Shown in pieces: positions 32,459 to 43,070 of a stretch of DNA of 64,000 nt. The stretch is from an uncultured virus (IMG/VR IMGVR_UViG_3300014204_000168). Lineage: Duplodnaviria > Heunggongvirae > Uroviricota > Caudoviricetes. The stretch lies in IMG/VR virus record IMGVR_UViG_3300014204_000168, positions 1 through 64,000 of that record. One strand, written 5' to 3'. A model generated the notes under the pieces. That model was not told where the DNA came from and did no database searches. It saw only the letters and a program-made list of their open reading frames with translations. Position numbers and translations under genes: made by a program. Position 1 is the stretch's first letter. Every line of letters begins with the position of its first letter.

Positions 32459-32868
32459 TACTTATCGTTTTTCTGTTTTAACCAAATATCTTTACCTATT
32501 TTATGTACCTTATTAATCATATTTTTAGTTAATGGTTGTTTTAACGCAAACCAAGTCGATTTATCATTTCTAACATAACCTTTCCATAAATATGGAAACC
32601 CAAACCACCTATCATTATCGGTTACCGGTATATTAAATTCAATTACATATACAACATCGTCTTCATCTTGTGGGGTTGCGTGAAATAAAGCACTATTTAA
32701 ATCAGTTGAAACCATATACCACGAAGCACTATTATAATTACTAGTTTTATCAACTAAACCATTATTCAAAATATTATTTAAATGTTTTGAATTAGTACCA
32801 TGATATACAGTTAATATATTATTATCATATTCTAATAATCGTTCACGAAGTAATTTACTTAAATTCAT
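32455..32868 (-). CDS. Putative ADP-ribosyltransferase-like protein with KLLRE leader
   Basis: VYHGT..ILNNGL; YMVSTDLNSALFHA; own ATATTTATA on the minus strand. Confidence 0.5.
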   Translation of the reverse strand: MNLSKLLRERLLEYDNNILTVYHGTNSKHLNNILNNGLVDKTSNYNSASWYMVSTDLNSALFHATPQDEDDVVYVIEFNIPVTDNDRWFGFPYLWKGYVRNDKSTWFALKQPLTKNMINKVHKIGKDIWLKQKNDKY

Positions 32869-32935
32869 ATTTAATTTTTATATAAATATCTAAAAATATT
32901 GTTACTTTTATTTTTTTTTAGTATCTTTGCAGATA

Positions 32936-33889
32936 ATGAGCTCGTTTATAGTAGATATATTATCCGATTTTTTAGGTGAACCTAGGAAACATACAGAAGA
33001 AAAAGGACAAATTTCTTTTGACTGTCCAGCCTGTGCTGCAGATAAAGATTTAATTGGTGGTGACGGTAAGGGTAACTTAGAAGTAAATTACGAAAAGGGT
33101 GTTTATAAATGTTGGTCTTGTAAGGACACCAACCATATGAGTGGGTATATACCATCGTTAATTAGGAAATATGGTCAGAAAAAACATCTAAAACAATACC
33201 TTATAATAAAACCAGATTCCAAAATAGATAAATATGGTTCTGAAGAAAAGCAATTAGTTGAGGTTAAATTACCAGAAACTTTTTTATCACTTAAAGATAA
33301 ATACATTTACGATAGCAGATACCAAGAAGCTATGAAGTATTTAAAAGGAAGGCGTATTACACAAGATATAATAGATTATTATAACATTGGGTATACAAGT
33401 AGTGGTAAACATTTTTTACGTGTTGTAATACCATCGTATGATAGTTGTGAAGAATTAAATTATTTTGTTGGCAGAGCATTTTCTTGGGTTAAACCAAAAT
33501 ACATGAATGATGAAAGTGATAAAAGTTTTATAATATTTAACGAAAATAAAATAAAATGGGATGCGACAATTTATTTAGTTGAAGGACCATTTGACCACAT
33601 TGTAACACCTAACTCAATACCGTTATTAGGAAAATATATATCAGATTTATTATTAGAAACATTAATTACTAAAGCAAAGGGTAATATAGTCATTGTATTA
33701 GATGCTGATGCCGAGAAAGATGCTGAAAATTTATATAAACAATTATTTTATACACCAATAGGTCATTTAGTTAAGATAGTTATATTACCACGTGATTACG
33801 ATATCGCTAAAATTCACCAAGATTTTGGTAGGAAGGAAGTAATTAAAGTATTACGAACAGCTAAGAGGTTAACCCGGTTTAAATATTAA
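32936..33889 (+). CDS. DNA primase (Zn finger plus TOPRIM)
   Basis: CPAC...CWSC, LVEGPFD, VLDADA; ATG at 32936 follows TATCTTTG promoter box. Confidence 0.88.
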   Translation: MSSFIVDILSDFLGEPRKHTEEKGQISFDCPACAADKDLIGGDGKGNLEVNYEKGVYKCWSCKDTNHMSGYIPSLIRKYGQKKHLKQYLIIKPDSKIDKYGSEEKQLVEVKLPETFLSLKDKYIYDSRYQEAMKYLKGRRITQDIIDYYNIGYTSSGKHFLRVVIPSYDSCEELNYFVGRAFSWVKPKYMNDESDKSFIIFNENKIKWDATIYLVEGPFDHIVTPNSIPLLGKYISDLLLETLITKAKGNIVIVLDADAEKDAENLYKQLFYTPIGHLVKIVILPRDYDIAKIHQDFGRKEVIKVLRTAKRLTRFKY

Positions 33890-34422
33890 GTTAACTTAGA
33901 GAATTTACTTAATAAAATCTTATTTACCTTATTTTTCATAAAACAAATATCACTATTAGCTTTATTTCTAAAACATTCTAAATCTGGGTCGTTAGATAGA
34001 CGATTATATACATTATTAATTAATTTATTTTTCCTATCAGCTACTGGTGAATAAATATGACCTATATAATTTATAACTGCTTTATGAATCTTATAACCTA
34101 AGCCTAAACTTTGTAATGATTTAGCTAATTCTATATGCATATGATTTAACCCATCAGAATCAACTGAAATCATCACGTATATACCTTCAGAAAATTTACC
34201 ATACGGTAAAATAATACGTAAAAAGTCATTACTTTTTCTAGAAACTTTAATTTCAGTCCAATTAATATTTTTAAGTAACTCTTTAGTTTTATTATCTATT
34301 TTAAGTTGTTTAACTGTTTGGTATGCCATATTATCCATATCAGCATCTGTGAATGAGCTAATATCTATATCGTTGTAGTCATCATAGTATTCTCTAAGTA
34401 ATTTTTTAATATAGTTATCCAT
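33886..34422 (-). CDS. Putative GNAT-like protein with KKLLRE leader
   Basis: LQSLGLGYKI matches the Q/RxxGxG acetyl-CoA motif; ATATTTATG upstream on minus strand. Confidence 0.45.
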   Translation of the reverse strand: MDNYIKKLLREYYDDYNDIDISSFTDADMDNMAYQTVKQLKIDNKTKELLKNINWTEIKVSRKSNDFLRIILPYGKFSEGIYVMISVDSDGLNHMHIELAKSLQSLGLGYKIHKAVINYIGHIYSPVADRKNKLINNVYNRLSNDPDLECFRNKANSDICFMKNKVNKILLSKFSKLT

Positions 34423-34495
34423 TAAGTTCTTTTTACATAAATATCTTGAAATAATATAAAATATTATATATCTTTGTTATTAATTAAATAGAAAT

Positions 34496-35254
34496 ATGTA
34501 TAAATCAAAGGTAGTATTAGAACCAATAGCTCATAAATATCATCATATTGAAACTGGTGAAATTTTTACATCAGTTACTACTGTAATATCAAGTATAGAA
34601 CACGAATTTGATACAGAAGCTGTAGCAACTGCAATATCAAAACAATCTGATTTAGACCCAAAGAAAAATAAGGATTATATTGGTATGTCTAAAGATAGGT
34701 TAATAGCTTATTGGCAAGAAATTAATGATACTGCAAATGCTTATGGTACACACGTACACGAAGTACTCGAAAAATATTTATTAGCTAAAAAATGGTTTTT
34801 CCCGGATAATGATTTTGATGTTAGGGTTTGTCGTGCATTTGATGAATTAGAATTAGATGAAGGTATTCAAGTACACCCAGAACTAGCTTTATTTTCAGAA
34901 GAGTATAAATTAGCTGGTACATCGGATTTAGTTATAGACATAGATGATGTATTTTTTGATGTTGGTGATTTTAAAACAAATAAAGTTTTTAACTTTTATT
35001 CACAATACAAACAAACATTAAAACAACCATTTTCACATTTACAGGATTGTCAATTTGTGGTATATACACTACAATTAAGTGTATATGCTTATATGTATGA
35101 GGTTTCAACTGGTAGAAAATGTAGACAATTATATGCTTTATATTTCGATAAAAAGACTGAGAAATTCTCTAAAATAAATTTGATGTATATGAAACATGAG
35201 GCTGAAAAGTTATTAAAACATCATAAATATCAAATGGAATTAGCTGGTAAATAA
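34496..35254 (+). CDS. PD-(D/E)XK exonuclease
   Basis: SVTTVI, GTHVHEVLE, AGTSDL, DFKTNK, YTLQLSVYAYM. Confidence 0.82.
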   Translation: MYKSKVVLEPIAHKYHHIETGEIFTSVTTVISSIEHEFDTEAVATAISKQSDLDPKKNKDYIGMSKDRLIAYWQEINDTANAYGTHVHEVLEKYLLAKKWFFPDNDFDVRVCRAFDELELDEGIQVHPELALFSEEYKLAGTSDLVIDIDDVFFDVGDFKTNKVFNFYSQYKQTLKQPFSHLQDCQFVVYTLQLSVYAYMYEVSTGRKCRQLYALYFDKKTEKFSKINLMYMKHEAEKLLKHHKYQMELAGK

Positions 35255-35255
35255 C

Positions 35256-35636
35256 ATGGATTTTATTGATTATAAAACCAAAAATTTTAGTTTTAAATAT
35301 GATTATATTCTATTTGATTCAAATTCATGGGATTATAAACAATGGGTTGGTAATAATTTATACAATCAAATGAATTGGAATAAAACTTTATTAACTAAAA
35401 TAAATCAACAATCAGCTAAAATTTTTAAGAGTAGTGGTATAATGGGTGGTACTAATATTTTAACTCATCATATTCTTGCTCCACTTTTTTATGAGTTTGA
35501 ATATTATAATGCTGAATCATCAATATTATGTGGTCGTTACGAAGTACAGTTTACAAATAATATTGAAAATAATATAATAAAAATTTATAACATATATAAC
35601 GAAAAACTAATTAAAATAAAAAATTATGACTATTAA
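35256..35636 (+). CDS. Small protein resembling a central fragment of gp23-type major capsid protein
   Basis: WNKTLLTKINQQSAKIFKSS..GGTNIL and ILCGRYEV resemble gp23-family segments (from recall). Confidence 0.5.
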   Translation: MDFIDYKTKNFSFKYDYILFDSNSWDYKQWVGNNLYNQMNWNKTLLTKINQQSAKIFKSSGIMGGTNILTHHILAPLFYEFEYYNAESSILCGRYEVQFTNNIENNIIKIYNIYNEKLIKIKNYDY

Positions 35637-36192
35637 GAAAAAAATTTTTTTTGACACCGAATTTACTGGTTTGCATCAAAAAACAACATTAATATCGATT
35701 GGTTTAATATCTGAGTGTGGTAAAACATTTTATGCTGAGTTATTTGATTATGATGAATTACAAATAGATGAATGGATTAAAACAAATGTAATAGAAAATC
35801 TAATACTAAAAGAAGACCCTTGGACTACAATAGAAGATAAAAAAACGGGTGATATACAACATTTTGGAGATATAGATTCATTACACATTGAATTAATTAA
35901 ATGGTTGGACCAATTTGGGGAAATTGAAATGTGGTCAGATTGTTTAACATATGATTGGATGTTATTTAACCAAATATTTGGTCATGCATTTAACATACCT
36001 GAGAACGTATATTATATTCCATTTGATATTTGTACATCTTTTAGAGAAAAAGGTATTGACCCAGATATTTCAAGAGAAGAATTTGTTGGTGAAATTACAA
36101 TACCACGTAAATTTAAAAAAATTAAACATAATGCAATGTGGGACGCTTTTATTATTAGAGAATGTCATAACAAATTAAATAATATTAAGTAA
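35626..36192 (+). CDS. DEDDh 3'-5' exoribonuclease (RNase AS / Rv2179c-like)
   Basis: FFDTEFTG, YDW, HNAMWDA. Confidence 0.8.
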   Translation: MTIKKKIFFDTEFTGLHQKTTLISIGLISECGKTFYAELFDYDELQIDEWIKTNVIENLILKEDPWTTIEDKKTGDIQHFGDIDSLHIELIKWLDQFGEIEMWSDCLTYDWMLFNQIFGHAFNIPENVYYIPFDICTSFREKGIDPDISREEFVGEITIPRKFKKIKHNAMWDAFIIRECHNKLNNIK

Positions 36193-36194
36193 GT

Positions 36195-36707
36195 ATGGTG
36201 ACACTAGAATTGATTAAAAATATTGCATTGTTATTAGGTATTGTCGATTTTTTAGAATATATCTCATATATATGGGGTAGATACGGTATACAGAAATCTA
36301 TATCAATTTCATTTTATGATTTAGAATGGAGATATAGGAACACATTTCGTTTTTTCATTTGGATATTAGCTACGGCCATTATATTAAGTGGTATTGGTTG
36401 GGGTAGCCCAGCATTTTTAATATCGGGTTTGTTATTATCTTTAGTTGGTATATTTAGTAGAATACAAACTAAATGGAAATTTATCATTCACATGGTGGGT
36501 GCTATTGGTGGTATATTAGGGTGTTATATTGGTATAACATTATTAAATTTTAATCTTGGATTAATTGTAGGTGGGTTTATATTAATTGAAACACTTATAT
36601 TATATTTAATCGGTAATAAAGAACATATGATTTGGAATATAGAAGTGATATGTTTCGCTAATCTAATGAGTACATTACTACTTATGAATAATTATTTACA
36701 TATATAA
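36195..36707 (+). CDS. Multi-pass membrane protein
   Basis: About six hydrophobic segments; SISISFY and IHMVGAI. Confidence 0.7.
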   Translation: MVTLELIKNIALLLGIVDFLEYISYIWGRYGIQKSISISFYDLEWRYRNTFRFFIWILATAIILSGIGWGSPAFLISGLLLSLVGIFSRIQTKWKFIIHMVGAIGGILGCYIGITLLNFNLGLIVGGFILIETLILYLIGNKEHMIWNIEVICFANLMSTLLLMNNYLHI

Positions 36708-37516
36708 TGATAAAAAAGGTAATACATATTTCGGACCTTCATGTTCGAACATTTAAACGACACGAAGAATACCAAGAAATTTCTGTTGAATTCTTTAAAA
36801 GTGTTAAAAAAGAAATTAGTGGTTTTTCTAAGGAAGAGATTAGAATAGTTATAGTAGGTGATTTGGTTCACCAAAAAATAACTATATCTAATGAACAATT
36901 AACTTTTATAGCTTGGTTTCTTAAACGATGTGCTAAGTTAGCACCTACAATAATTATAGCCGGTAATCACGATTTATTAGAGAATAATAAAGATAGATTA
37001 GATAGTTTAACACCAGTAATAACATTAATGGATAACCCAGATATTAAGTTTTATAAGGAAAGTTTATGTTATGTTGACGATAATATTGTTTGGTGTAATT
37101 ATTCTATTTTTGAAGAGAATAAAAGACCTGATATCGAGGCTGCAAGACTTGAAAATCCAAATAAAACATTTATTGGTTTACTTCATGCACCAATGGTTGG
37201 TGCAACAACAAATTTAGGGTATGAATTTGAAGATGGTGTAGAAGTAGACAATTTTGATGGTTGTGATATTGTAATGTTGGGTGATATTCATAAAAGGCAA
37301 CAAATAAATAAAGATAATGTACCTATTTGGTATCCATCTAGTTTAATACAACAAGATTTCGGTGAAAGTATTAGTAAACATGGTTACTTATTATGGGATA
37401 TTGAAACTAAGGTACCTGAAGAAAAGGATATTATATCAGAATACGGATTCTATAAATTTAAAATATCATCACTAGATGATATAGAAAATAACGGTGAAGA
37501 ATTATTAAACCCGTAA
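36707..37516 (+). CDS. SbcD/Mre11/gp47-like metallophosphoesterase nuclease
   Basis: HISDLH, GDLVH, AGNHD, LGDIH, YPSSLIQQDFGE. Confidence 0.88.
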   Translation: MIKKVIHISDLHVRTFKRHEEYQEISVEFFKSVKKEISGFSKEEIRIVIVGDLVHQKITISNEQLTFIAWFLKRCAKLAPTIIIAGNHDLLENNKDRLDSLTPVITLMDNPDIKFYKESLCYVDDNIVWCNYSIFEENKRPDIEAARLENPNKTFIGLLHAPMVGATTNLGYEFEDGVEVDNFDGCDIVMLGDIHKRQQINKDNVPIWYPSSLIQQDFGESISKHGYLLWDIETKVPEEKDIISEYGFYKFKISSLDDIENNGEELLNP

Positions 37517-37519
37517 ACT

Positions 37520-37822
37520 ATGTCTAGTATACACGATGAAATATTACAATATTGTAATGCGAATAATATTACTGATATTGAAGGTTTTAAAGATAAATTA
37601 TTAAAAAGGGCCTTTACAATAGAAAAATATGGGTATAAACCAGAAATGTTCCAAGGTAGAACAAACCCAACAATAGCTAATGAAATAATACCAGTAATAA
37701 GTTTATCACCACCAGTACCTATTCTTGATTTACTTATTAATCCGGACATTAATCCGGACAAACAGGACATTATTATTAAAAAAGATAAAAACAATTTAAA
37801 GACAGATATATACGATGAGTAA
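37520..37822 (+). CDS. Hypothetical protein
   Basis: 100-aa ORF between the sbcD-like and sbcC-like genes. Confidence 0.65.
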   Translation: MSSIHDEILQYCNANNITDIEGFKDKLLKRAFTIEKYGYKPEMFQGRTNPTIANEIIPVISLSPPVPILDLLINPDINPDKQDIIIKKDKNNLKTDIYDE

Positions 37823-40166
37823 AATAGATATACCAAATAAAGCATCACTTAGAATATATTGGGATGATAAACCAGAGAAGTATTCAAGAGAAGATAGAAA
37901 TAGAGTTAGAAATTATTTTTCGAATAAATATGGTGTTCCAAAAAATTCGGTAAATGTAATTTTTAGACCTGTTAAAAAAGACAAAGATGGTAATATCATT
38001 CAATTAACTGGTGTAGGGATTGAAAATATTATGGATATTAATTATCAACATCAGTTATTTAAAGAATGGATAGCCCGTGAAAATAAAATAGTTGATTTTG
38101 ATAGATTACTAGCGTTAGATAAGAAAGTTAATGATTCAATTGATTTTAAACAAAATGAATTCGATTTTAGGACATGGAGTTTAAAACACTTAGTAATTAA
38201 TAATTTTTTATGTTTTGGTGAAGATAATAATATACCATTTAGTAAATTAAAAGGTATTAATGTTATCACATCAGAGCCATTAAATCAAGGTGGTAAAACA
38301 ACGTTTAGTATTGATGCGTTACTATTTTTATTCTTTGGTACAACAACAAAAACAGATAAAAACGAAGATATATTTAATCAATTTAGTAGTAGTAATGAAT
38401 TATCTGTTAGGGGTATGGTAGATATTAGTGGTGATGATTTCATTATTGAAAGACTTATGACTAGAAGCCCTAAAAGAGACGGTAGTGGGTATACAATAAA
38501 AAATACTGTAAACTATTATGAAATTTTACCAGATGGTGAAGAAAAATTATTAGATGGTAAGGATGGTATTGAAACAACTCAAAGAATAATTGAGACTATT
38601 GGAACCGAAAGTGATTTCATGACCACAATAGTAGCCACAGGTAAAAATTTAGAAGATTTAATAGATACTCAAGCGACTGCTAGAGGTAAATTATTAACTA
38701 GATTTATTGGGTTGGAGATTATAGAACAAAAAGAACAAGCTGCTAGAGATATGTATAATGCGTTTAGTAAAACAATGAAATCAAATCATTATAATATTAT
38801 TGACCTTGGACATGAAGTTGATGAACATGGAGAAAATATTATATCCATTGGTGTTGCATTAGAAACAAATGAAACTAATCTAAAAAGAATTAATGAAGAA
38901 TTGGTTGTATTAAATAGTCAAAAAGAAAAATTATTAACCAGTAAACAAGAAATTGATGATGCTATAATACAATTAGACCCAAATAAAATAAATCGTGATA
39001 TAGATGAAATTATTGCAAAAGGTAAATTAGAGGCTGTTAATCTAGAAACATATAGTAAAAGAATAACTGAAATAGGCGATGTGGTGTTTGATGAATTAAT
39101 ATACGAAGATACTTTATCACAACAAAGAAGCTCTAAATTAGATAAAGAAACTAGTGAGAGGGAGATAACACGACTTGAAAATTTAAATATTGAATTAAGA
39201 GATAGTGAAATATGCACTATGTGTAAAAGACCATTAGTTGGTATTGACCACACTGACCACATAAGTGAAAATTCTACCAAAATAGACACACTTAAAAAAA
39301 ATATTAGTGAATATATTAAAAAATTAAGTAAATTATCTGAAGTTTTAACTGTTATGAAACAGTCTAAAGAATTATCTGATGAAAAAGATAAATTAGAATT
39401 AAAAAAAGACCGATGTGATGTAGTTATTAATTCATTAAGGAATGATTTAAAAGCTAAAAGGAATGATTTAAACAAATATAATCTAAATAATAGTGCGATA
39501 GAACTTAATCGTCAATTAGATGTTGAAATTATGGGTGTTAATGGTAAAATTCAACGTAATGAAGGTGACCGTGATATTACATTAAATAAAATACAAAAAT
39601 GTAAAGCTGATATTGAACAAAATAAGGTTGAAATCGAAAATAAAACTAAAATAATTGAGGTTATTAAGAAAGAAGATAAGGTTGAACAAATTTATAAGAT
39701 TTATATTGATATGGTTGGTAAAAAAGGTATTAGTAAACTAGTATTACGTACTGTATTACCATTAATTAACTTTGAATTACATCGTTTATTAGATGAAGTA
39801 ACTGATTTTGATATTGAATTGGAAATTAACTCTAAAAATGACTTAGATTTCATTATAATTAAAGATGATGTTCGTAAGTTCCTTAAATCTGGTTCCGGGT
39901 TAGAGAAAACAGCTGCCTCATTAGCATTAAGATGCGTTTTAAGCCGAGTTTCTAATTTACCTAAACCAAACTTCATCGGATTTGATGAGGTCTTAGGTAA
40001 GGTCGCAAATGAGAATTTAGATTATATGAAATTATTATTTGATAAAATTAGAGATATGTTTGATATCGTTTTATTAATAACCCACAACCCAATAATAAGA
40101 GATTGGGCCGATAATATTATTACTATTAAAAAAGTTAACAATATTTCAACAATTTCTACTAAATAA
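37815..40166 (+). CDS. SbcC/Rad50/gp46-like ATPase
   Basis: NQGGKTT, coiled coil with CTMC hook, SGSGLEK signature, FDEVLG, LITHN. Confidence 0.9.
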   Translation: MSKIDIPNKASLRIYWDDKPEKYSREDRNRVRNYFSNKYGVPKNSVNVIFRPVKKDKDGNIIQLTGVGIENIMDINYQHQLFKEWIARENKIVDFDRLLALDKKVNDSIDFKQNEFDFRTWSLKHLVINNFLCFGEDNNIPFSKLKGINVITSEPLNQGGKTTFSIDALLFLFFGTTTKTDKNEDIFNQFSSSNELSVRGMVDISGDDFIIERLMTRSPKRDGSGYTIKNTVNYYEILPDGEEKLLDGKDGIETTQRIIETIGTESDFMTTIVATGKNLEDLIDTQATARGKLLTRFIGLEIIEQKEQAARDMYNAFSKTMKSNHYNIIDLGHEVDEHGENIISIGVALETNETNLKRINEELVVLNSQKEKLLTSKQEIDDAIIQLDPNKINRDIDEIIAKGKLEAVNLETYSKRITEIGDVVFDELIYEDTLSQQRSSKLDKETSEREITRLENLNIELRDSEICTMCKRPLVGIDHTDHISENSTKIDTLKKNISEYIKKLSKLSEVLTVMKQSKELSDEKDKLELKKDRCDVVINSLRNDLKAKRNDLNKYNLNNSAIELNRQLDVEIMGVNGKIQRNEGDRDITLNKIQKCKADIEQNKVEIENKTKIIEVIKKEDKVEQIYKIYIDMVGKKGISKLVLRTVLPLINFELHRLLDEVTDFDIELEINSKNDLDFIIIKDDVRKFLKSGSGLEKTAASLALRCVLSRVSNLPKPNFIGFDEVLGKVANENLDYMKLLFDKIRDMFDIVLLITHNPIIRDWADNIITIKKVNNISTISTK

Positions 40167-40211
40167 AGTTGCGAAATAGTAAAAAAGTTAGTATTTTTAA
40201 ATAAAAAGAAT

Positions 40212-40757
40212 ATGAAATTTACAAATTATTGTTTAATAATGTTGGGTGATATTAATGGTGGTAAAGATGAGATAACAAAAATTTCAGAATCATCAGTTAA
40301 TCTATTACAAGCTAAAGGTTTAATAATAGCAACATTTTCAAGTGCCGTTTCGGTAAATGAATTAAATGACTATTTCAAGTTGAATAATAGGAGTTTTATT
40401 TTATTCGAAATGAATCGTGGTTCCTATGCAGCATTTATTAATGATGGTAAAGATACGAATGAAAAACTTTTTGAGAAGATAATTAAAAATAACCCGGATA
40501 TTCTAGAAGATATGAGTGTTAAATTACTTAAAGATATAGTTACTTCACTTAAAGATATAAAACACGTATCTAAATATAGTGGTACATCGGTTAGTGATGC
40601 TATTATAGTCACAGATGATAAAATTATGGTGGAATCAATAAAAAAAATGAGTAGTAATGAAAAACAAGTTGAAATTAATAAATTGATTGATAAAGGGTTA
40701 GACAAACTAACTGATTATGATAAAAAATATTTATCGTGTTTAACAAAAAAATCTTAG
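40212..40757 (+). CDS. Hypothetical protein
   Basis: 181-aa ORF. Confidence 0.7.
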   Translation: MKFTNYCLIMLGDINGGKDEITKISESSVNLLQAKGLIIATFSSAVSVNELNDYFKLNNRSFILFEMNRGSYAAFINDGKDTNEKLFEKIIKNNPDILEDMSVKLLKDIVTSLKDIKHVSKYSGTSVSDAIIVTDDKIMVESIKKMSSNEKQVEINKLIDKGLDKLTDYDKKYLSCLTKKS

Positions 40758-40849
40758 TAAAACTATTGACTTTATCCAATATACATAGTATATTGGGTGA
40801 TATTCATGTTATATTGAGTATAAATAACAATAGTTATAAGATTTTATGA

Positions 40850-41683
40850 ATGTCAAAAAAATTTATTAATGGAAATGATGATACTTTATCAAGGTATTTT
40901 AAGGATATAAAAAAAACTAATTTATTAACACCTGAAGAAGAAGTTGCGTTAGCTATTAGAATACAAGATGGTGATGCTAGTGCTATAGAAGAATTAGTTA
41001 CAGCAAATCTTAAATTTGTTATTTCCATAGCAAAGGAATACCAATACCAAGGAACAAATATTAATGATTTAATCAATGATGGTAATGAAGGATTAATTAA
41101 AGCAGCGATTAAGTTTGACCATACGAGAGGTTTTAGATTTATATCATATGCTGTATGGTGGGTTCGTCAATCTATTATACACGGATTAAACTGCAATTCA
41201 AGGTTAATTAGATTACCAGCTAACGTTATTAATAGTTTAAATCAAATTAAGAAGAATATTGACCGTTATGAGATAACTCATGAGCATGGTCCATGTATTG
41301 GTGAATTAGCTGATATAAAATTAAGTGATTTAGTTTTAAATGAACGTCCAACATCTTTAAGTACTATCATAAATGAAAGTGGCGATGAGTTAATTGAGAT
41401 TTTTAATTATGAAACATACGAAACTGAAAAAGATGAAGAAAGTGATAAATTAATAAGAAAAGAGTTAGATAAAATGCTGGCCGACCTTACTAATAGAGAA
41501 AAAGACATCATTATTTTATATTTTGGATTAAATGAATTATACGAGCCAATGACTTTAGAAGGTATTGGTGAAAAATATAATTTAACTAAAGAACGAATTC
41601 GTCAAATTAAAGAAAAGGCTATTAGAAAGTTAAGACATAATATGACCGATTTATATAATTTAATATATAATGAAAAAGAATAA
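40850..41683 (+). CDS. Sigma-70 family (RpoD/RpoS-like) sigma factor
   Basis: ANLKFVISIAKEY, GFRFISYAVWWVRQSI, LTKERIRQIKEKAIRKLR. Confidence 0.92.
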   Translation: MSKKFINGNDDTLSRYFKDIKKTNLLTPEEEVALAIRIQDGDASAIEELVTANLKFVISIAKEYQYQGTNINDLINDGNEGLIKAAIKFDHTRGFRFISYAVWWVRQSIIHGLNCNSRLIRLPANVINSLNQIKKNIDRYEITHEHGPCIGELADIKLSDLVLNERPTSLSTIINESGDELIEIFNYETYETEKDEESDKLIRKELDKMLADLTNREKDIIILYFGLNELYEPMTLEGIGEKYNLTKERIRQIKEKAIRKLRHNMTDLYNLIYNEKE

Positions 41684-41686
41684 ATT

Positions 41687-41710
41687 AAGGCCTCAACTGA
41701 GGCCTTTTTT
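41687..41710 (+). terminator. Intrinsic terminator
   Basis: AAGGCCTCA-AC-TGAGGCCTTTTTT. Confidence 0.8.
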
Positions 41711-41772
41711 ATGTTAATAAACTTTACAAAAGAATAATATATGTTTATATATTTATAATAAAACTTTAAATT

Positions 41773-42066
41773 ATGAAAAAACTTAGAAATTTTTTAAATG
41801 AATATGGGATGGTAATTATAGTACCATTAATATTTATCATGTTCTTTAGAACATGTTCAACAAATAGTAAAATAGAACAACTATCTGTAGTGAATAAGAA
41901 AGCTATTGATTCAAATGCTGTAGCTATAGAAAAAATCAATAAAACAATTAAAATAGAAGGTCTTAAAACGGAAAATAGATTTATTCAAGCAACGGATAGA
42001 AAATTATTAGATGTTAATCGTCAAAGTGATATTGAGAAGGAAATAAATAAATTAGAAAATAAATAA
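41773..42066 (+). CDS. Membrane-anchored coiled-coil protein (possible spanin component)
   Basis: N-terminal hydrophobic helix ending FRTC; next to amidase-like gene. Confidence 0.5.
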   Translation: MKKLRNFLNEYGMVIIVPLIFIMFFRTCSTNSKIEQLSVVNKKAIDSNAVAIEKINKTIKIEGLKTENRFIQATDRKLLDVNRQSDIEKEINKLENK

Positions 42067-42068
42067 TT

Positions 42069-43070
42069 ATGTATAGTAGTATTAGAAATTGGTTCACAAA
42101 TAATTATAAGACAATCATAAGATTATCTTATATTATACCTATATTATTCGTTGCATTTGTATCGATATCACACGTTATAACTTGGTATTCAATGACAAAT
42201 CCGATGAGCTGGGCAATATATTTATCGGTTGGTATTGAAATAGCGGCTTTAAGTGCTTTAGCTGGATTAGCGGTTAAAAATAATAAAGCAATATACCTAC
42301 CATTTATAATAGTAACATTTATTCAATTAATAGGTAATATGTTTTTTGTATTTCAATATGTTGATGTAACAAGTAAATTATTTAAAGATTGGGTTATATT
42401 AGTTGACCCATTATTCAGTATGTTAAGTATGGTAGATACTGGTGATATTGATGGACATAGAAGGTGGTTAGCAGCATTTGCTGGGGCTTTATTACCAATA
42501 ATATCACTATCATTCTTACATTTATTAGTTAACTTTAATGATAAAGAAGGTGATGAATTAAAAGTAGAAACCACTGACCCAATACCATTTCCCGAAACAC
42601 CAATAAATGATGAACCAAAGGGTGTATCATCAGATATTGAAGAAATTGATTATTTTAATGATGAAAACATTATGAATTTGTTACAACCAGAACCGGGGTT
42701 TTCTAGTACGGGAAAAAGAATATTCAAAGTTCCTGTTGGTAAAATGTCGGAAGATGAAGCTAAAGAAATTGCGAGAGAATTTATTAATGATATAAAAGAA
42801 GTTGAACCCGTTAATGAAGATTTTTTTATCCCTGTTAAACAAACCGAAGAAATAATTGAAGAACCGGTAATATCTGATGATGTTATCGATGTTGTGGATG
42901 AGGTTTCTACTGATGTTGTAGATGAAGAACCGGTAATATCTGGTAATGAAGTCGTAACTGATAGTGTAACACCACACCAAAATATTAAGTCTACACCAGT
43001 AAATAATAACCAAATCATGAGAGTTGGACCACATAATGAGAAAAAAACTATATTTTTTAGAGATAAATAA
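42069..43070 (+). CDS. Four-TM membrane protein with acidic tail (possible holin-like)
   Basis: Four hydrophobic segments, then D/E-rich tail. Confidence 0.55.
   Translation: MYSSIRNWFTNNYKTIIRLSYIIPILFVAFVSISHVITWYSMTNPMSWAIYLSVGIEIAALSALAGLAVKNNKAIYLPFIIVTFIQLIGNMFFVFQYVDVTSKLFKDWVILVDPLFSMLSMVDTGDIDGHRRWLAAFAGALLPIISLSFLHLLVNFNDKEGDELKVETTDPIPFPETPINDEPKGVSSDIEEIDYFNDENIMNLLQPEPGFSSTGKRIFKVPVGKMSEDEAKEIAREFINDIKEVEPVNEDFFIPVKQTEEIIEEPVISDDVIDVVDEVSTDVVDEEPVISGNEVVTDSVTPHQNIKSTPVNNNQIMRVGPHNEKKTIFFRDK

Noticed and set aside
34496..35254. Cas4 as part of a CRISPR system
   Set aside because: No Fe-S cysteine cluster pattern and no cas neighbours; a generic phage PD-(D/E)XK exonuclease
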